From a virus: 64,000 nucleotides of DNA. The stretch spans positions 96,001 through 160,000 of IMG/VR virus record IMGVR_UViG_3300030329_003470. One strand, 5' to 3'. Below, piece after piece: positions 40,049 to 49,078 of this stretch. Made by a program: the position numbers and the translations under genes. The number at the start of each line of letters is the position of its first letter. Position 1 is the stretch's first letter. The notes beneath the pieces were generated by a model. That model did no database searches. It was not told where the DNA came from and saw nothing but the letters and a program-made list of their open reading frames with translations.

Positions 40049-40935
40049 TATGTCCCCCATTTATTACCAAATAAGTCCACGTGTAATCTTGGCGAATACT
40101 TATAACCATGTTGCATTGCCAAGTCAGCAACTTGTTTTGATGTTTTTGCTTGTCCTTCTACTGTTGCACCCACCGCCATTAGGTAAATGTCTGCTTCAAC
40201 ACCTGCTTTTTTATATTCTTCTCTTGCCATTTCTACTTCTTCAATATCTTGTTCGTCTTGCACAACAAATTTAAAATATAAATGACTGTTTGGTATGTTT
40301 GAATATTGGTAAGCAACGTCTGGTTTAATTGCTTTTGCCCAATGTTCTCCTGATATTGATAATTTTGGTGATGAAGACCAAGTTACGTGTACTGGAGTTT
40401 TAGTATAATCACCTGCTACTAATCCTTGTAAAAATCTTTGAAAGTCTGCTTTGAATAATTGTGTTAAATTAGTTTCAATAGTTAAATTTTTTAAATCTGT
40501 AAATTCTGGTTGTCTTAATAATTGTTGTGTTTCTCTTTGCCACAACATTGGTTCACCACCTGTTATAATAAAATGTATGTCTGAACCGTTATCGTTAGTC
40601 CATTTATTGTTTGGTGTGTATGTTTTTACTTTTTCTGCAATTTCTTCTATGCTATCCCAAGAAACTAAATGTTTGTATCTGTTTGCCCAACTGGCACTTG
40701 CATCACAACCTATTTCTACTACTGGTAAATCTCTCACGTGTTTGATGCCTGATAAATCTTGTGTGTTATATGGCATCTCTTCTGGTTTGAGCCATTTACT
40801 TTTATCTCTGCCTTGTCCAAACCCGTGACAGTTAAAGTTACAACCAAACACTCTAAAGAATACACTAGGTACACCTACAAAACGTCCTTCGCCTTGTACA
40901 CTGTAAAATATTTCTGAGTATCTTAGTTTTTCCAT
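40048..40935 (-). CDS. queE: 7-carboxy-7-deazaguanine synthase (QueE-type radical SAM)
   Basis: EIFYSVQGEG..VGVPSVFFRVFGCNFNC, ITGGEP, SPK and YSPRLHV motifs. Confidence 0.9.
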   Translation of the reverse strand: MEKLRYSEIFYSVQGEGRFVGVPSVFFRVFGCNFNCHGFGQGRDKSKWLKPEEMPYNTQDLSGIKHVRDLPVVEIGCDASASWANRYKHLVSWDSIEEIAEKVKTYTPNNKWTNDNGSDIHFIITGGEPMLWQRETQQLLRQPEFTDLKNLTIETNLTQLFKADFQRFLQGLVAGDYTKTPVHVTWSSSPKLSISGEHWAKAIKPDVAYQYSNIPNSHLYFKFVVQDEQDIEEVEMAREEYKKAGVEADIYLMAVGATVEGQAKTSKQVADLAMQHGYKYSPRLHVDLFGNKWGT

Positions 40936-41087
40936 ATTTCTGGTGCTATTGCTTTTGTTGCCTCTACTAGTTCTTTTATTGTATACTGACTTTTAGGTTC
41001 CGTCAACTGAACCCAACGTATTTGGTTATTTTCTATGATTACTTTCCAATTACCGTCTGGAGATATGTTATTTTCTTGCTTTGTCAT
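40923..41087 (-). CDS. 54-aa hypothetical protein (not in ORF track)
   Basis: MTKQENNISPDGNWKVIIENNQIRWVQLTEPKSQYTIKELVEATKAIAPEIWKN; overlaps both neighbours. Confidence 0.5.
   Translation of the reverse strand: MTKQENNISPDGNWKVIIENNQIRWVQLTEPKSQYTIKELVEATKAIAPEIWKN
40978..41006 (-). promoter_or_regulatory. Sigma70-like promoter TTGACG-17-TACAAT upstream of queE
   Basis: Near-consensus boxes with 17-nt spacing. Confidence 0.6.
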
Positions 41088-41466
41088 TTTTTTTGTCCAG
41101 TCTTACTACATTACTTGACTTTAAATGACCCACTGATTCTCTGATTATATCGTTGTGTCTGAATTCCGCCCAATATAACTCAAATGCAACACCTGACTCT
41201 ATTCCTTCAAAGGAATGATATAGTCCTGGTTTAACTGCTGTGAAGTCACCGGCTTTAAGTATAGTTTCGTCTACTAGATCGTAGTCTTTTTGCCATACAC
41301 GGATTTTCATCTCGCCTTCCATTACGTAGAAACCATTCCATTTCCATTCGTGTTTGTGTTTAGAACACACACCACCTTTTACGAAATCTATTCTATGAAA
41401 CTCACAAGAACTGTTTGCTAGAATAAGTTCTGTCTGTCCCCAAATTTTTCCTGCTTTGTTTCCCAT
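41068..41466 (-). CDS. Cupin-domain protein
   Basis: CSKHKHEWKWNGFYVMEGEM...PGLYHSF cupin motifs. Confidence 0.8.
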   Translation of the reverse strand: MGNKAGKIWGQTELILANSSCEFHRIDFVKGGVCSKHKHEWKWNGFYVMEGEMKIRVWQKDYDLVDETILKAGDFTAVKPGLYHSFEGIESGVAFELYWAEFRHNDIIRESVGHLKSSNVVRLDKKNDKARK

Positions 41467-41478
41467 AATGTATTTTTA

Positions 41479-41507
41479 ATTATACTTTTATTTAGATGAT
41501 TTGTCAA
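41479..41507 (-). promoter_or_regulatory. Consensus sigma70 promoter TTGACA-17-TATAAT upstream of the cupin gene
   Basis: Perfect consensus. Confidence 0.8.
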
Positions 41508-41508
41508 T

Positions 41509-41528
41509 GGGGGAGAAAAAATCTCCCC
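41509..41528 (-). terminator. GGGGAGA/TCTCCCC hairpin after yhhQ
   Basis: 7-bp GC-rich stem in the intergenic region; the U-tract is weak. Confidence 0.45.
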
Positions 41529-41536
41529 CAAATGCT

Positions 41537-42187
41537 CTATTTGATATTTTTGTATTTTGCTTGTAGTCTATTGAGTAAAATACCATATGCTGGTAAGAAC
41601 ACAATTAATCCAACTACAATTTTAGTCAGTGTATTATTCTGTGCAACAACGTGCCAGTTTGCACCAATCCATGATAGGTTGCCTTCAGCATCTAATGATC
41701 CTGCAAATGCAACGTAAAAGAATGAATAGGTATCAATTATGTTTGCCGCAATAGTTGAGATTGCCGGTGCCGCCCACCATGCCTTTGACTTCTCTCTGAT
41801 TGCTTGGAAAACGTACACGTCAAGCATAGTACCAATTGCATAAGCAGTACCACTTGCAAATCCTACTCTGTATGCGTGTGGGTCACCTAATGCTAACAGT
41901 ACAAGTACTGATGCTACGATTGCCGGAATGATTGCCATTGCAACAACGGCTCTTCCTGCTTCTTTTCCGACCATTCTAACTGTTAAGTCAGTTGCTACTA
42001 CAACAATCGGAAATGTAAACGCCGCCGCCGCTAGTGGGAATGATCCAAATAATGGAAGTTCTGCACCGGGAAATAAATCGAATCTGATTGTTACTAGATA
42101 ATTTGATAAAGCAATTACTGCCGTATGTAAAATAACTAGATTTCTAACAAGTGTTCTATCGACACCTGCCATTATTGATTTTAACAT
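41537..42187 (-). CDS. yhhQ: Queuosine-precursor (preQ0/preQ1) transporter, YhhQ/VUT family
   Basis: Multi-TM protein with ALSNYLV, FTFPIVVVATDLT, GFASGTAY, DVYVFQ and IDTYSF motifs. Confidence 0.82.
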   Translation of the reverse strand: MLKSIMAGVDRTLVRNLVILHTAVIALSNYLVTIRFDLFPGAELPLFGSFPLAAAAFTFPIVVVATDLTVRMVGKEAGRAVVAMAIIPAIVASVLVLLALGDPHAYRVGFASGTAYAIGTMLDVYVFQAIREKSKAWWAAPAISTIAANIIDTYSFFYVAFAGSLDAEGNLSWIGANWHVVAQNNTLTKIVVGLIVFLPAYGILLNRLQAKYKNIK

Positions 42188-42221
42188 TAAGTCCTCCTTC
42201 GAAGTTTTATTAATGTTGCTT

Positions 42222-42251
42222 ATTTTAACAGTCTTTTAATGATTGTGTCAA
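42222..42251 (-). promoter_or_regulatory. Sigma70-like promoter TTGACA-18-TGnTAAAAT upstream of yhhQ
   Basis: Consensus -35 with extended -10, followed by a GGAGG SD. Confidence 0.65.
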
Positions 42252-42264
42252 TACAAGTTTTACG

Positions 42265-42726
42265 TTACTTGTCCCATTCTTCCCATGGAAAAACAATCCA
42301 GTGTGGTCGTTCTTGCTTGTTTATTTCATAACCATGGTAATCTACTTTGACTTTGCTTGGTTTATTGTGGATAAGTGCCGCAAATTTTATTCTATCTTCT
42401 TCCTTACCAAAATTATCAATAATATATTGGAATGTATCTCCAGAATCGTTTATGTCATCGATGATTAATATTTTCTTTTGGAACGCAAATGCCTTTTCTA
42501 ACACAGATAAATTTGGTTTTGCTGTGTGATCTCTCAATCTTATATCAAGTACTTCGTGTGGTGTTTTAATTCTGTGAGAAAGATATACACCAGGAATACA
42601 ACCACCTCTATTAATACCAAGTACAATAGTTGGCATCCAATTAGAATGGACCATTTGGTCTTCTATTTGAATTAATGCGTTACGCATCTGTCCTGTTGTA
42701 AAATAACTTTTTTTAATATCGTCCAT
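42265..42726 (-). CDS. Purine phosphoribosyltransferase (Gpt/Hpt-like)
   Basis: LGINRGG, PRPP-binding LIIDDINDSGDT and WIVFPWE motifs. Confidence 0.88.
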   Translation of the reverse strand: MDDIKKSYFTTGQMRNALIQIEDQMVHSNWMPTIVLGINRGGCIPGVYLSHRIKTPHEVLDIRLRDHTAKPNLSVLEKAFAFQKKILIIDDINDSGDTFQYIIDNFGKEEDRIKFAALIHNKPSKVKVDYHGYEINKQERPHWIVFPWEEWDK

Positions 42727-42743
42727 ATTAAATTATACTAGAT

Positions 42744-43934
42744 TTAAATGAAATAATCAACTGGTATTATTTTAGTAAAATCGTTTTTTCTTACCTTATC
42801 AAATGCTTGTAATCTATAGACACATTGTTTTGCTAGGTTTTCTTTGTAATCAATGTTTGTTTGTATGAAATTTTTTAAAGAATTAACAAACTCAGAATTA
42901 AATCCATTATAATTTTTTAATTTATCCAACATTTGATTTTTAAAAACTGTTTTTATAGATAATAGTTGAAAACATTCTGGATGGCTTAAAAGCACAGGAA
43001 AAATTGTTATTTTTTTATTATCAAAGTAATTTACCAAATCTATTATTCCTGTAAAGGTAGAAGCCTGTACTACATGATTTACTGATACAAATAAATTATC
43101 TGGCTTATCTTCTAAAAGAACATTTAAATTTTTTTCTAAGTCTTGCCATTTATGTCCAAATCTTGCATATTCTAAAACTGATCCTATACCTTCAACACTA
43201 ATTGCAATCCAAATTTCTTTAAATTTTTTTAAAATAGATAGTATATTATGATTTAATTTTGTAAGATTTGTAGTAAAATGCAAAATACATTTCTTTTTTT
43301 GTTCGTCTGGTATTGATTCTAATGTTTCTAAAAGGTAAGGATTCATAAAAGGTTCGCCACCTGTAAATTTAATATAAGCAGACTTATATAAAAACTTTTC
43401 ACACCAATTTTTAAATTGTTCTGTTTCTGCCCATTTGTAATCTAAATTTAGATCTTCATTGTGAAATTTTTGTAATTCTGTGTTTAGTTTTGCTTCTGCT
43501 AATATTTGACTGCTTGATTCAGGACTACACATAATACATTTAAGATTACATAGGTTGCCTAATTTTAAATCAAAACTATTAACATTATTAATATCAATAT
43601 TTTCAATAACATCTAATAATTTTTTATTTTTAATAAAATTTTTATCCCATGAATCTTCTAGTATTTTTCCAATATGTTTGTTGTAGACTTGTCTTTGTGA
43701 TTGTTTTCCTGTTGCTTCTGTTTTCCAACAATTAACACAAATAGGATCTTTAACACCTTTTTCTAAGTTATTTCTTAAAGATTGTAAAGTATCTGATTTG
43801 TACCAATCCTGAGCATTGTAATATTTTTTTGTTGATTTTTCTTGACTAACACAACAAACTCTCAAATATCCAATTGGATTAATATCTAAGTGTTGATAGG
43901 GTGCAATACAAAATGTATTCTTATTAGGAATCAT
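42744..43934 (-). CDS. N-twitch radical SAM (paralogue 6)
   Basis: FCIAPY..VCC..CVNCW; CNLKCIMC; TGGEP. TAAATA box 6 nt before the ATG. Confidence 0.85.
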   Translation of the reverse strand: MIPNKNTFCIAPYQHLDINPIGYLRVCCVSQEKSTKKYYNAQDWYKSDTLQSLRNNLEKGVKDPICVNCWKTEATGKQSQRQVYNKHIGKILEDSWDKNFIKNKKLLDVIENIDINNVNSFDLKLGNLCNLKCIMCSPESSSQILAEAKLNTELQKFHNEDLNLDYKWAETEQFKNWCEKFLYKSAYIKFTGGEPFMNPYLLETLESIPDEQKKKCILHFTTNLTKLNHNILSILKKFKEIWIAISVEGIGSVLEYARFGHKWQDLEKNLNVLLEDKPDNLFVSVNHVVQASTFTGIIDLVNYFDNKKITIFPVLLSHPECFQLLSIKTVFKNQMLDKLKNYNGFNSEFVNSLKNFIQTNIDYKENLAKQCVYRLQAFDKVRKNDFTKIIPVDYFI

Positions 43935-43943
43935 ATTGTATAT

Positions 43944-44222
43944 TTAAAAGTATACAATAAGGTGTCTAAATAATGCTGTCGCCAGCATAGTTAATAATAT
44001 AGTGTTTAAAACAATTAATGCTCTGTCGTGCCATTTGAATCCAACGTATAACCAACCTGCTGTTCCTAATGCTGAAAAATAAACATCATAAATTTTAGGT
44101 ACTTCTTCAACAGATCTACATAATACAGCAAGACATATTAAAATTACAGATACCCATTTTACGTACCAAGTGCTGTCGTGTAATGGTGTAACTTTTTTTA
44201 TACTATTTTGTGTATTGTTCAT
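43944..44222 (-). CDS. Small three-helix membrane protein
   Basis: Three hydrophobic segments in WYVKWVSVILI...GWLYVGFKWHDRALIVLN. Confidence 0.7.
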   Translation of the reverse strand: MNNTQNSIKKVTPLHDSTWYVKWVSVILICLAVLCRSVEEVPKIYDVYFSALGTAGWLYVGFKWHDRALIVLNTILLTMLATALFRHLIVYF

Positions 44223-45252
44223 AGACTTTGTTTAGGACGTTGTTTGTTGTTACAAAACTTGCACACTTAGGCATATCTTTTAATCTTCTAGCACCAATGT
44301 ATGTACAAGCACTTCTAACTCCGCCTAGTATATCTTCAACTGTATTACTAACAGGTCCTCTATCAGGCAAGTGTACTAGTCTGCCTTCGTTGCCTCTGTA
44401 TCCATCTTTTCTTTTGCCATGCACTTCTCTTGCTCTATCTGAACTCATGCCATAAAATTCTCTAAATCCATCTTTTACTTCTATTTCTGATTCATTGTGT
44501 CCTGCTAACATACCACCTATCATAACCATATGTGCACCGCCACCTAATGCTTTTGCTATATCACCTGGTTGTGTGCAACCACCATCTGCCATTATGTGTC
44601 CATCAACACCATTGGCCGCATCTGCACAATCTAGTATTGCTGAAAATTGTGGAACACCTACACCAGCCATTGTTCTTGTTGTACAAACTGATCCTGGTCC
44701 TATTCCTATTTTAACTACGTCAGCACCGTTAATAATTAACTCTTCTGTCATCTCAGGTGTTACTACGTTACCTGCTACAATTACTTTGTCTGGATATTCT
44801 TCTCTTACTTTTGCAACAAAACCGACCATGTTTTGATGATATGCATTAGCAACATCTATTGTAATCATTTTAACATCAGGAAAACTTTTTAATACTTCTT
44901 GCATATTACGATAGTCTTCTGCGTCGTCGTCGAATACTCTATTGGTTCCTGTACATACTGAAACACTTTGTAGTCTTACACCACTACCAACTGCCGCTCT
45001 CCATTGATCTGGAGTAGTAGTTTTTGTTATTACAGTCATCATTTTGTATTCTTGTAATACTTTTGCCATACTAAATGTACCAACACCATCCATATTACTT
45101 GCAAATATAGGAGTAAAGTTCATTGTCTTGCCTGAATTTCTAAATGTAAATTTACGAGTCATGTCTACATCTTTACGAGATGTAAGTGTAGAACGTTTTG
45201 GTTGTAATAAAACATCTTCAAAGTTTAGTTTTGCATCGTAATTAATTCTCAT
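44203..45252 (-). CDS. guaC: GMP reductase
   Basis: FEDVLLQPKRS, ASNMD, DVANAY, GIGPGSVCTTR, ADGGC, FYGMSS and GGVRSACTYIGA motifs. No CBS domains. Confidence 0.9.
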   Translation of the reverse strand: MRINYDAKLNFEDVLLQPKRSTLTSRKDVDMTRKFTFRNSGKTMNFTPIFASNMDGVGTFSMAKVLQEYKMMTVITKTTTPDQWRAAVGSGVRLQSVSVCTGTNRVFDDDAEDYRNMQEVLKSFPDVKMITIDVANAYHQNMVGFVAKVREEYPDKVIVAGNVVTPEMTEELIINGADVVKIGIGPGSVCTTRTMAGVGVPQFSAILDCADAANGVDGHIMADGGCTQPGDIAKALGGGAHMVMIGGMLAGHNESEIEVKDGFREFYGMSSDRAREVHGKRKDGYRGNEGRLVHLPDRGPVSNTVEDILGGVRSACTYIGARRLKDMPKCASFVTTNNVLNKVYEQYTK

Positions 45253-45547
45253 TTTCTTCCTTCTCTCTTGTTTCACACATTTGTTTTATATTTTGATAAT
45301 GTTCGTAAGCATCTTGTAATGCTGGATATTTTTTTCTTAATTGTGATTCAAACATATCTTCTGTTTGTACATCTAAATCTCCTAAGTCACCATAAGAATA
45401 AGTTACACCACCCATATCTGGATCTAAACTGTCCACAGTACCAGCCATTTGTATTCCATCACTGCTAGGAATCCAATTATCAGGAGAAGGTTCGTATGTT
45501 ACGTTAACACCGTCTGATGTAAGTTTTTCTTTTTTCTTTTTACTCAT
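45242..45547 (-). CDS. Hypothetical protein
   Basis: 101-aa ORF ending KYPALQDAYEHY. Confidence 0.65.
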   Translation of the reverse strand: MSKKKKEKLTSDGVNVTYEPSPDNWIPSSDGIQMAGTVDSLDPDMGGVTYSYGDLGDLDVQTEDMFESQLRKKYPALQDAYEHYQNIKQMCETREKEENEN

Positions 45548-46250
45548 GGCCTTTCATACTCATACAAATTTTATAAAATTCATCTCTAGTTGCTGGATCA
45601 TCTTTAAATGCACCAAGCATAATTGCAGTTGTCATATCAGATTCGTGTTCTCTTACGCCTCTGTGTGTCATGCAATGGTGTTCTGCTTTAACTACTACTG
45701 CAATATGTTTTGTGTGTGCATATTCTTGTAATGCTTCTGCAATTTGTGTTGTCATTTCTTCTTGTATTTGTGGTCTTTCTACAATGTGATGTATAATTCT
45801 GTTAAACTTACTCAAACCAATTACTTGTCCGTTTGGAATAATACCTACCCATGCGTTACCTACAATGTTTTGTAAATGGTGAGCACACGTAGATTTAATA
45901 CTAATTGGACCACTAGTGTACATACTCTTGTAACCCATATTAGGAAAACTTGTAACTCTTGGCATTGGATTATATCTGCCACCAAATGTTTCTTGTATAT
46001 ACATTTTAGCGACACGTTTTGCAGTTTCTTGTGTGTTGTGATCGTTTTCTGTATCAATTACAAGACTTTCTAGTACCCCTTGTAATTTTTCTTGCACTTC
46101 TACTTGTAATTTTTCTAATTCGCCTTCTTCTATGTATTCTGCAATATTATCGTTTGCATGGAATCGTTTACCTGCTTTTTGAATTCTTTCTTTTATTTGT
46201 TTACTAATTGGTCCTGTTGGTTGCCAACTATCTTTTAACATATCTTCCAT
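45540..46250 (-). CDS. folE: GTP cyclohydrolase I
   Basis: TAKRVAKMY, STCAHHL, GLSKFNR, RPQIQE and HHCMTHRGV motifs. Confidence 0.95.
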   Translation of the reverse strand: MEDMLKDSWQPTGPISKQIKERIQKAGKRFHANDNIAEYIEEGELEKLQVEVQEKLQGVLESLVIDTENDHNTQETAKRVAKMYIQETFGGRYNPMPRVTSFPNMGYKSMYTSGPISIKSTCAHHLQNIVGNAWVGIIPNGQVIGLSKFNRIIHHIVERPQIQEEMTTQIAEALQEYAHTKHIAVVVKAEHHCMTHRGVREHESDMTTAIMLGAFKDDPATRDEFYKICMSMKGHE

Positions 46251-46265
46251 AATTTATATCCTATC

Positions 46266-46294
46266 ATTATAATTGTTTTTGCTTGTTTCGTCAA
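46266..46294 (-). promoter_or_regulatory. Sigma70-like promoter TTGACG-17-TATAAT upstream of folE
   Basis: Near-consensus boxes with 17-nt spacing. Confidence 0.7.
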
Positions 46295-46295
46295 T

Positions 46296-46904
46296 TTAAA
46301 AGACATCTCCATTGCATTTAATTTGGTCGCTACAAATTTTGTAAATTAGATCTATATAATTAGAAGAACCAAATTGAGGGTTAATACCAAAACATTGGTA
46401 TTTTGTATTAAAGTTTTTCATTACCAAATAGTTTGTAAATTTATAACCACTGTAATCAGCATAATCATCAACACCTTTAACATTTTTATCAATGTAACTA
46501 GACAGCATCCAACCTATAGTAGCATTTTTATCTAACTTATTTCGTTCTTCAAGTGTTTTGATTATTGTAAAAGGAAATTGACAACTTAACCAATAACTTT
46601 TACTCCAGTTTGCAGTCAAATTCCATAAATCAAAAGTTTTAATTGTATCAGTGAAATTTTCTTTTGATAGAGCAGATGAATTTTGGTTGAAAAATATAAA
46701 GTCTATATTTTGATTTATTTGTTTACAAAGTTTATGCAGTTGTGGAATATGAAAAGTTTTCCAGTCTATTATAAAGTTTTCTACATTTTCTAATTTTGAT
46801 TCACTAGAGCCAACATTAATTACTTTAAAGTTTGCTTGTTGGCAACCTTTTATTATGTTTTCTCCTCTTGTTCCACCACACCCTATTAATAATGCTGTTT
46901 TCAT
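46296..46904 (-). CDS. Atypical SDR-like oxidoreductase
   Basis: ALLIGCGGTRG Rossmann start, IDFIFFN and YSGYK motifs. Confidence 0.5.
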   Translation of the reverse strand: MKTALLIGCGGTRGENIIKGCQQANFKVINVGSSESKLENVENFIIDWKTFHIPQLHKLCKQINQNIDFIFFNQNSSALSKENFTDTIKTFDLWNLTANWSKSYWLSCQFPFTIIKTLEERNKLDKNATIGWMLSSYIDKNVKGVDDYADYSGYKFTNYLVMKNFNTKYQCFGINPQFGSSNYIDLIYKICSDQIKCNGDVF

Positions 46905-48040
46905 ATTAGATCCTTAAAAACTAGTTGCCAGTTTTTAGTATGACGTTTTGTGATTGAATCAAGACAATCGTTATATTCATATTCGTTACTTAATCGAATA
47001 CGATCAATACAATTTTTTAAATTGTTTATGAGGTTGTTGTGTTCTAAAGAAATAGTGTATATCAATTTTCTTAAATCATTAACTATTTTTTCTTTTTTAT
47101 CGCTAGGATAGTTTCTAGCATCAATTTCTTTTGGCGAATGCAAAGTGTTTATAGTAATATCTTGTATTTGTTCATCATGATAAAAGAAATTTATTACATC
47201 ACAAATATCTATTGCATTTATAACACTAAAAATCATATTCACTCTAATATCAAAGTTTGTGTTTTGTTTTATAAATCGTAGATTATCTATGAACGTATTC
47301 CAATTAGATCCGTTCCTTATGTAATCAAATTTATCATACAATGCATCACAACTCATTGTTAATTGTACATTATTAAATGTTTTCAATATTTTAAATAATT
47401 TATTGTTTGGTTTCCAATGCATATTAGTATTAATTCTAATTGGAATATCTTTGTTTTTTAATTGTTCTAAAAGTACATGATTGTATGGTATGTAGAAAGG
47501 TTCTCCACCACTCATATATATCTCTTTAATAAGATCTTGATTTTTTACAACCATTTGATTTATTCTATCAATGTTTTGTTTTTTTACTGGAGTTATGAAT
47601 ACGTTTTCTGCTTTTGCTATAAGACTGCTTTGAGTTGCATCGCACATAACACATTTTAAATTACACACATTTGACCAGTGTAAATCAATAAATCTTAAAT
47701 CAAAATTTTCAATGTTTTCGTAATCAACTTCTTCTTTTACTAGTCTAGCATTGTAGTGGTCACGTAGATAACTAAAATTTTCTTCTTTGATTGATCTATT
47801 TTGACATTCGACACAATTTGCGTCTGGTTGGTTGTTTAACATATTAGTCTTAATCCTTTTTAGTGTTGGATTTTTCCTAAGTATTTCCATAATATCGGTG
47901 TCATTAACATTGCCAAATTTCTCTCGTCCTACACTACAAGTTTTTATGTCGCCGTTTGTGAATATCTCAAAGTTTGTCCACGGAACAACGCAGAAGTGTT
48001 TGTTTGTTCTAAATAAATGAAATTTTTTTTTTGGGTCCAT
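46901..48040 (-). CDS. N-twitch radical SAM (paralogue 7)
   Basis: FCVVPW..TC..CVEC; CNLKCVMC; SGGEP. Confidence 0.85.
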   Translation of the reverse strand: MDPKKKFHLFRTNKHFCVVPWTNFEIFTNGDIKTCSVGREKFGNVNDTDIMEILRKNPTLKRIKTNMLNNQPDANCVECQNRSIKEENFSYLRDHYNARLVKEEVDYENIENFDLRFIDLHWSNVCNLKCVMCDATQSSLIAKAENVFITPVKKQNIDRINQMVVKNQDLIKEIYMSGGEPFYIPYNHVLLEQLKNKDIPIRINTNMHWKPNNKLFKILKTFNNVQLTMSCDALYDKFDYIRNGSNWNTFIDNLRFIKQNTNFDIRVNMIFSVINAIDICDVINFFYHDEQIQDITINTLHSPKEIDARNYPSDKKEKIVNDLRKLIYTISLEHNNLINNLKNCIDRIRLSNEYEYNDCLDSITKRHTKNWQLVFKDLI

Positions 48041-48046
48041 AAATTA

Positions 48047-49078
48047 TCATTGAATATTTTTTTTATGAACTTTATTATACCATTTTAGTGCAGTAGCAAC
48101 AACATTATCAATTGAACTTTGTGTTGGCTCCCAACCTAAAATTTGTTTTACTTTGGTTATGTCTGCTACTAGGTATGCAGGGTCTCCTGCTCTGTTTGGT
48201 TCAAATTTTATATCCATTTTGCCTGTATGTCTTTGTATAGTATCTAATAATTCTCTATTAGAAACAGGCGATCCAGATCCTAAATTAAAAACTTCAGCAA
48301 CTTTGTTTTCAAATGCATAATTTAAAGATTTGACGTGTGCATCTGCAAGATCCATTACATGAACATAATCTCTTACACACGTTCCATCTTCGGTTGGATA
48401 TTTTGTGCCAAACAATTTAAATGTTCTATTTTGTCTTGATGCTTCAATGGCCAACGGAATAATATGTGATTCTTGTTCTCTTAATTCTCCAATTTCTGCT
48501 TCTGGATCTGCACCAGCGGCATTAAAATATCTCAATCCTACACTTGATAATCCATATGCAGTTTTATAATCTTTACAAACTTGTTCCATCATTAGTTTAG
48601 TTGCACCATATGAATTGATTGGTGTACATACATCTGACTCTCTACACATTTTCATTCCTTGATCACCATAGGTGGCCGCACTTGAAGAATATACAAATGT
48701 TTTTATATCAAGTTCAACTAATTTGTCTAAAAGAGCAATAGTGTTAATAAGATTATTTTTATAATATAGTGTTGGATTTATTACGGATTCTGCAACAGAT
48801 GTACTACCTGCAAAATGTATGCAACTTGTTATGTTGTATCTTTTAACAATTTCGTCTAGTCTATCAATTTCTTGAGGTAATTGTAAATTGTAATTTGGAC
48901 CAAACGAGTTTGCATTTTTTCTAAAATGTCTATCGACAGTTACAGGTATGTAACCGTTTTTTGATAATAGTTTACAAGTGTGTGAACCAACATATCCGGC
49001 ACCTCCAGTAACTAATACTGCTCTATTCAGTCCTTTAATACTTGGATTCGGAAACTGGTGTTCTGTAGTGTTTTCCAT
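48047..49078 (-). CDS. galE: UDP-glucose 4-epimerase
   Basis: VTGGAGYVGSH, HFAG..VAES, SSSAATYG, YGATK, LRYFNAAGA and GTCVRDYVHVMDLADAH motifs. Confidence 0.9.
   Translation of the reverse strand: MENTTEHQFPNPSIKGLNRAVLVTGGAGYVGSHTCKLLSKNGYIPVTVDRHFRKNANSFGPNYNLQLPQEIDRLDEIVKRYNITSCIHFAGSTSVAESVINPTLYYKNNLINTIALLDKLVELDIKTFVYSSSAATYGDQGMKMCRESDVCTPINSYGATKLMMEQVCKDYKTAYGLSSVGLRYFNAAGADPEAEIGELREQESHIIPLAIEASRQNRTFKLFGTKYPTEDGTCVRDYVHVMDLADAHVKSLNYAFENKVAEVFNLGSGSPVSNRELLDTIQRHTGKMDIKFEPNRAGDPAYLVADITKVKQILGWEPTQSSIDNVVATALKWYNKVHKKNIQ

Noticed and set aside
42188-42264. preQ1 riboswitch upstream of yhhQ (or of queE/folE)
   Set aside because: The predicted leader is only about 30 nt and shows no preQ1-I stem or A-rich tail.
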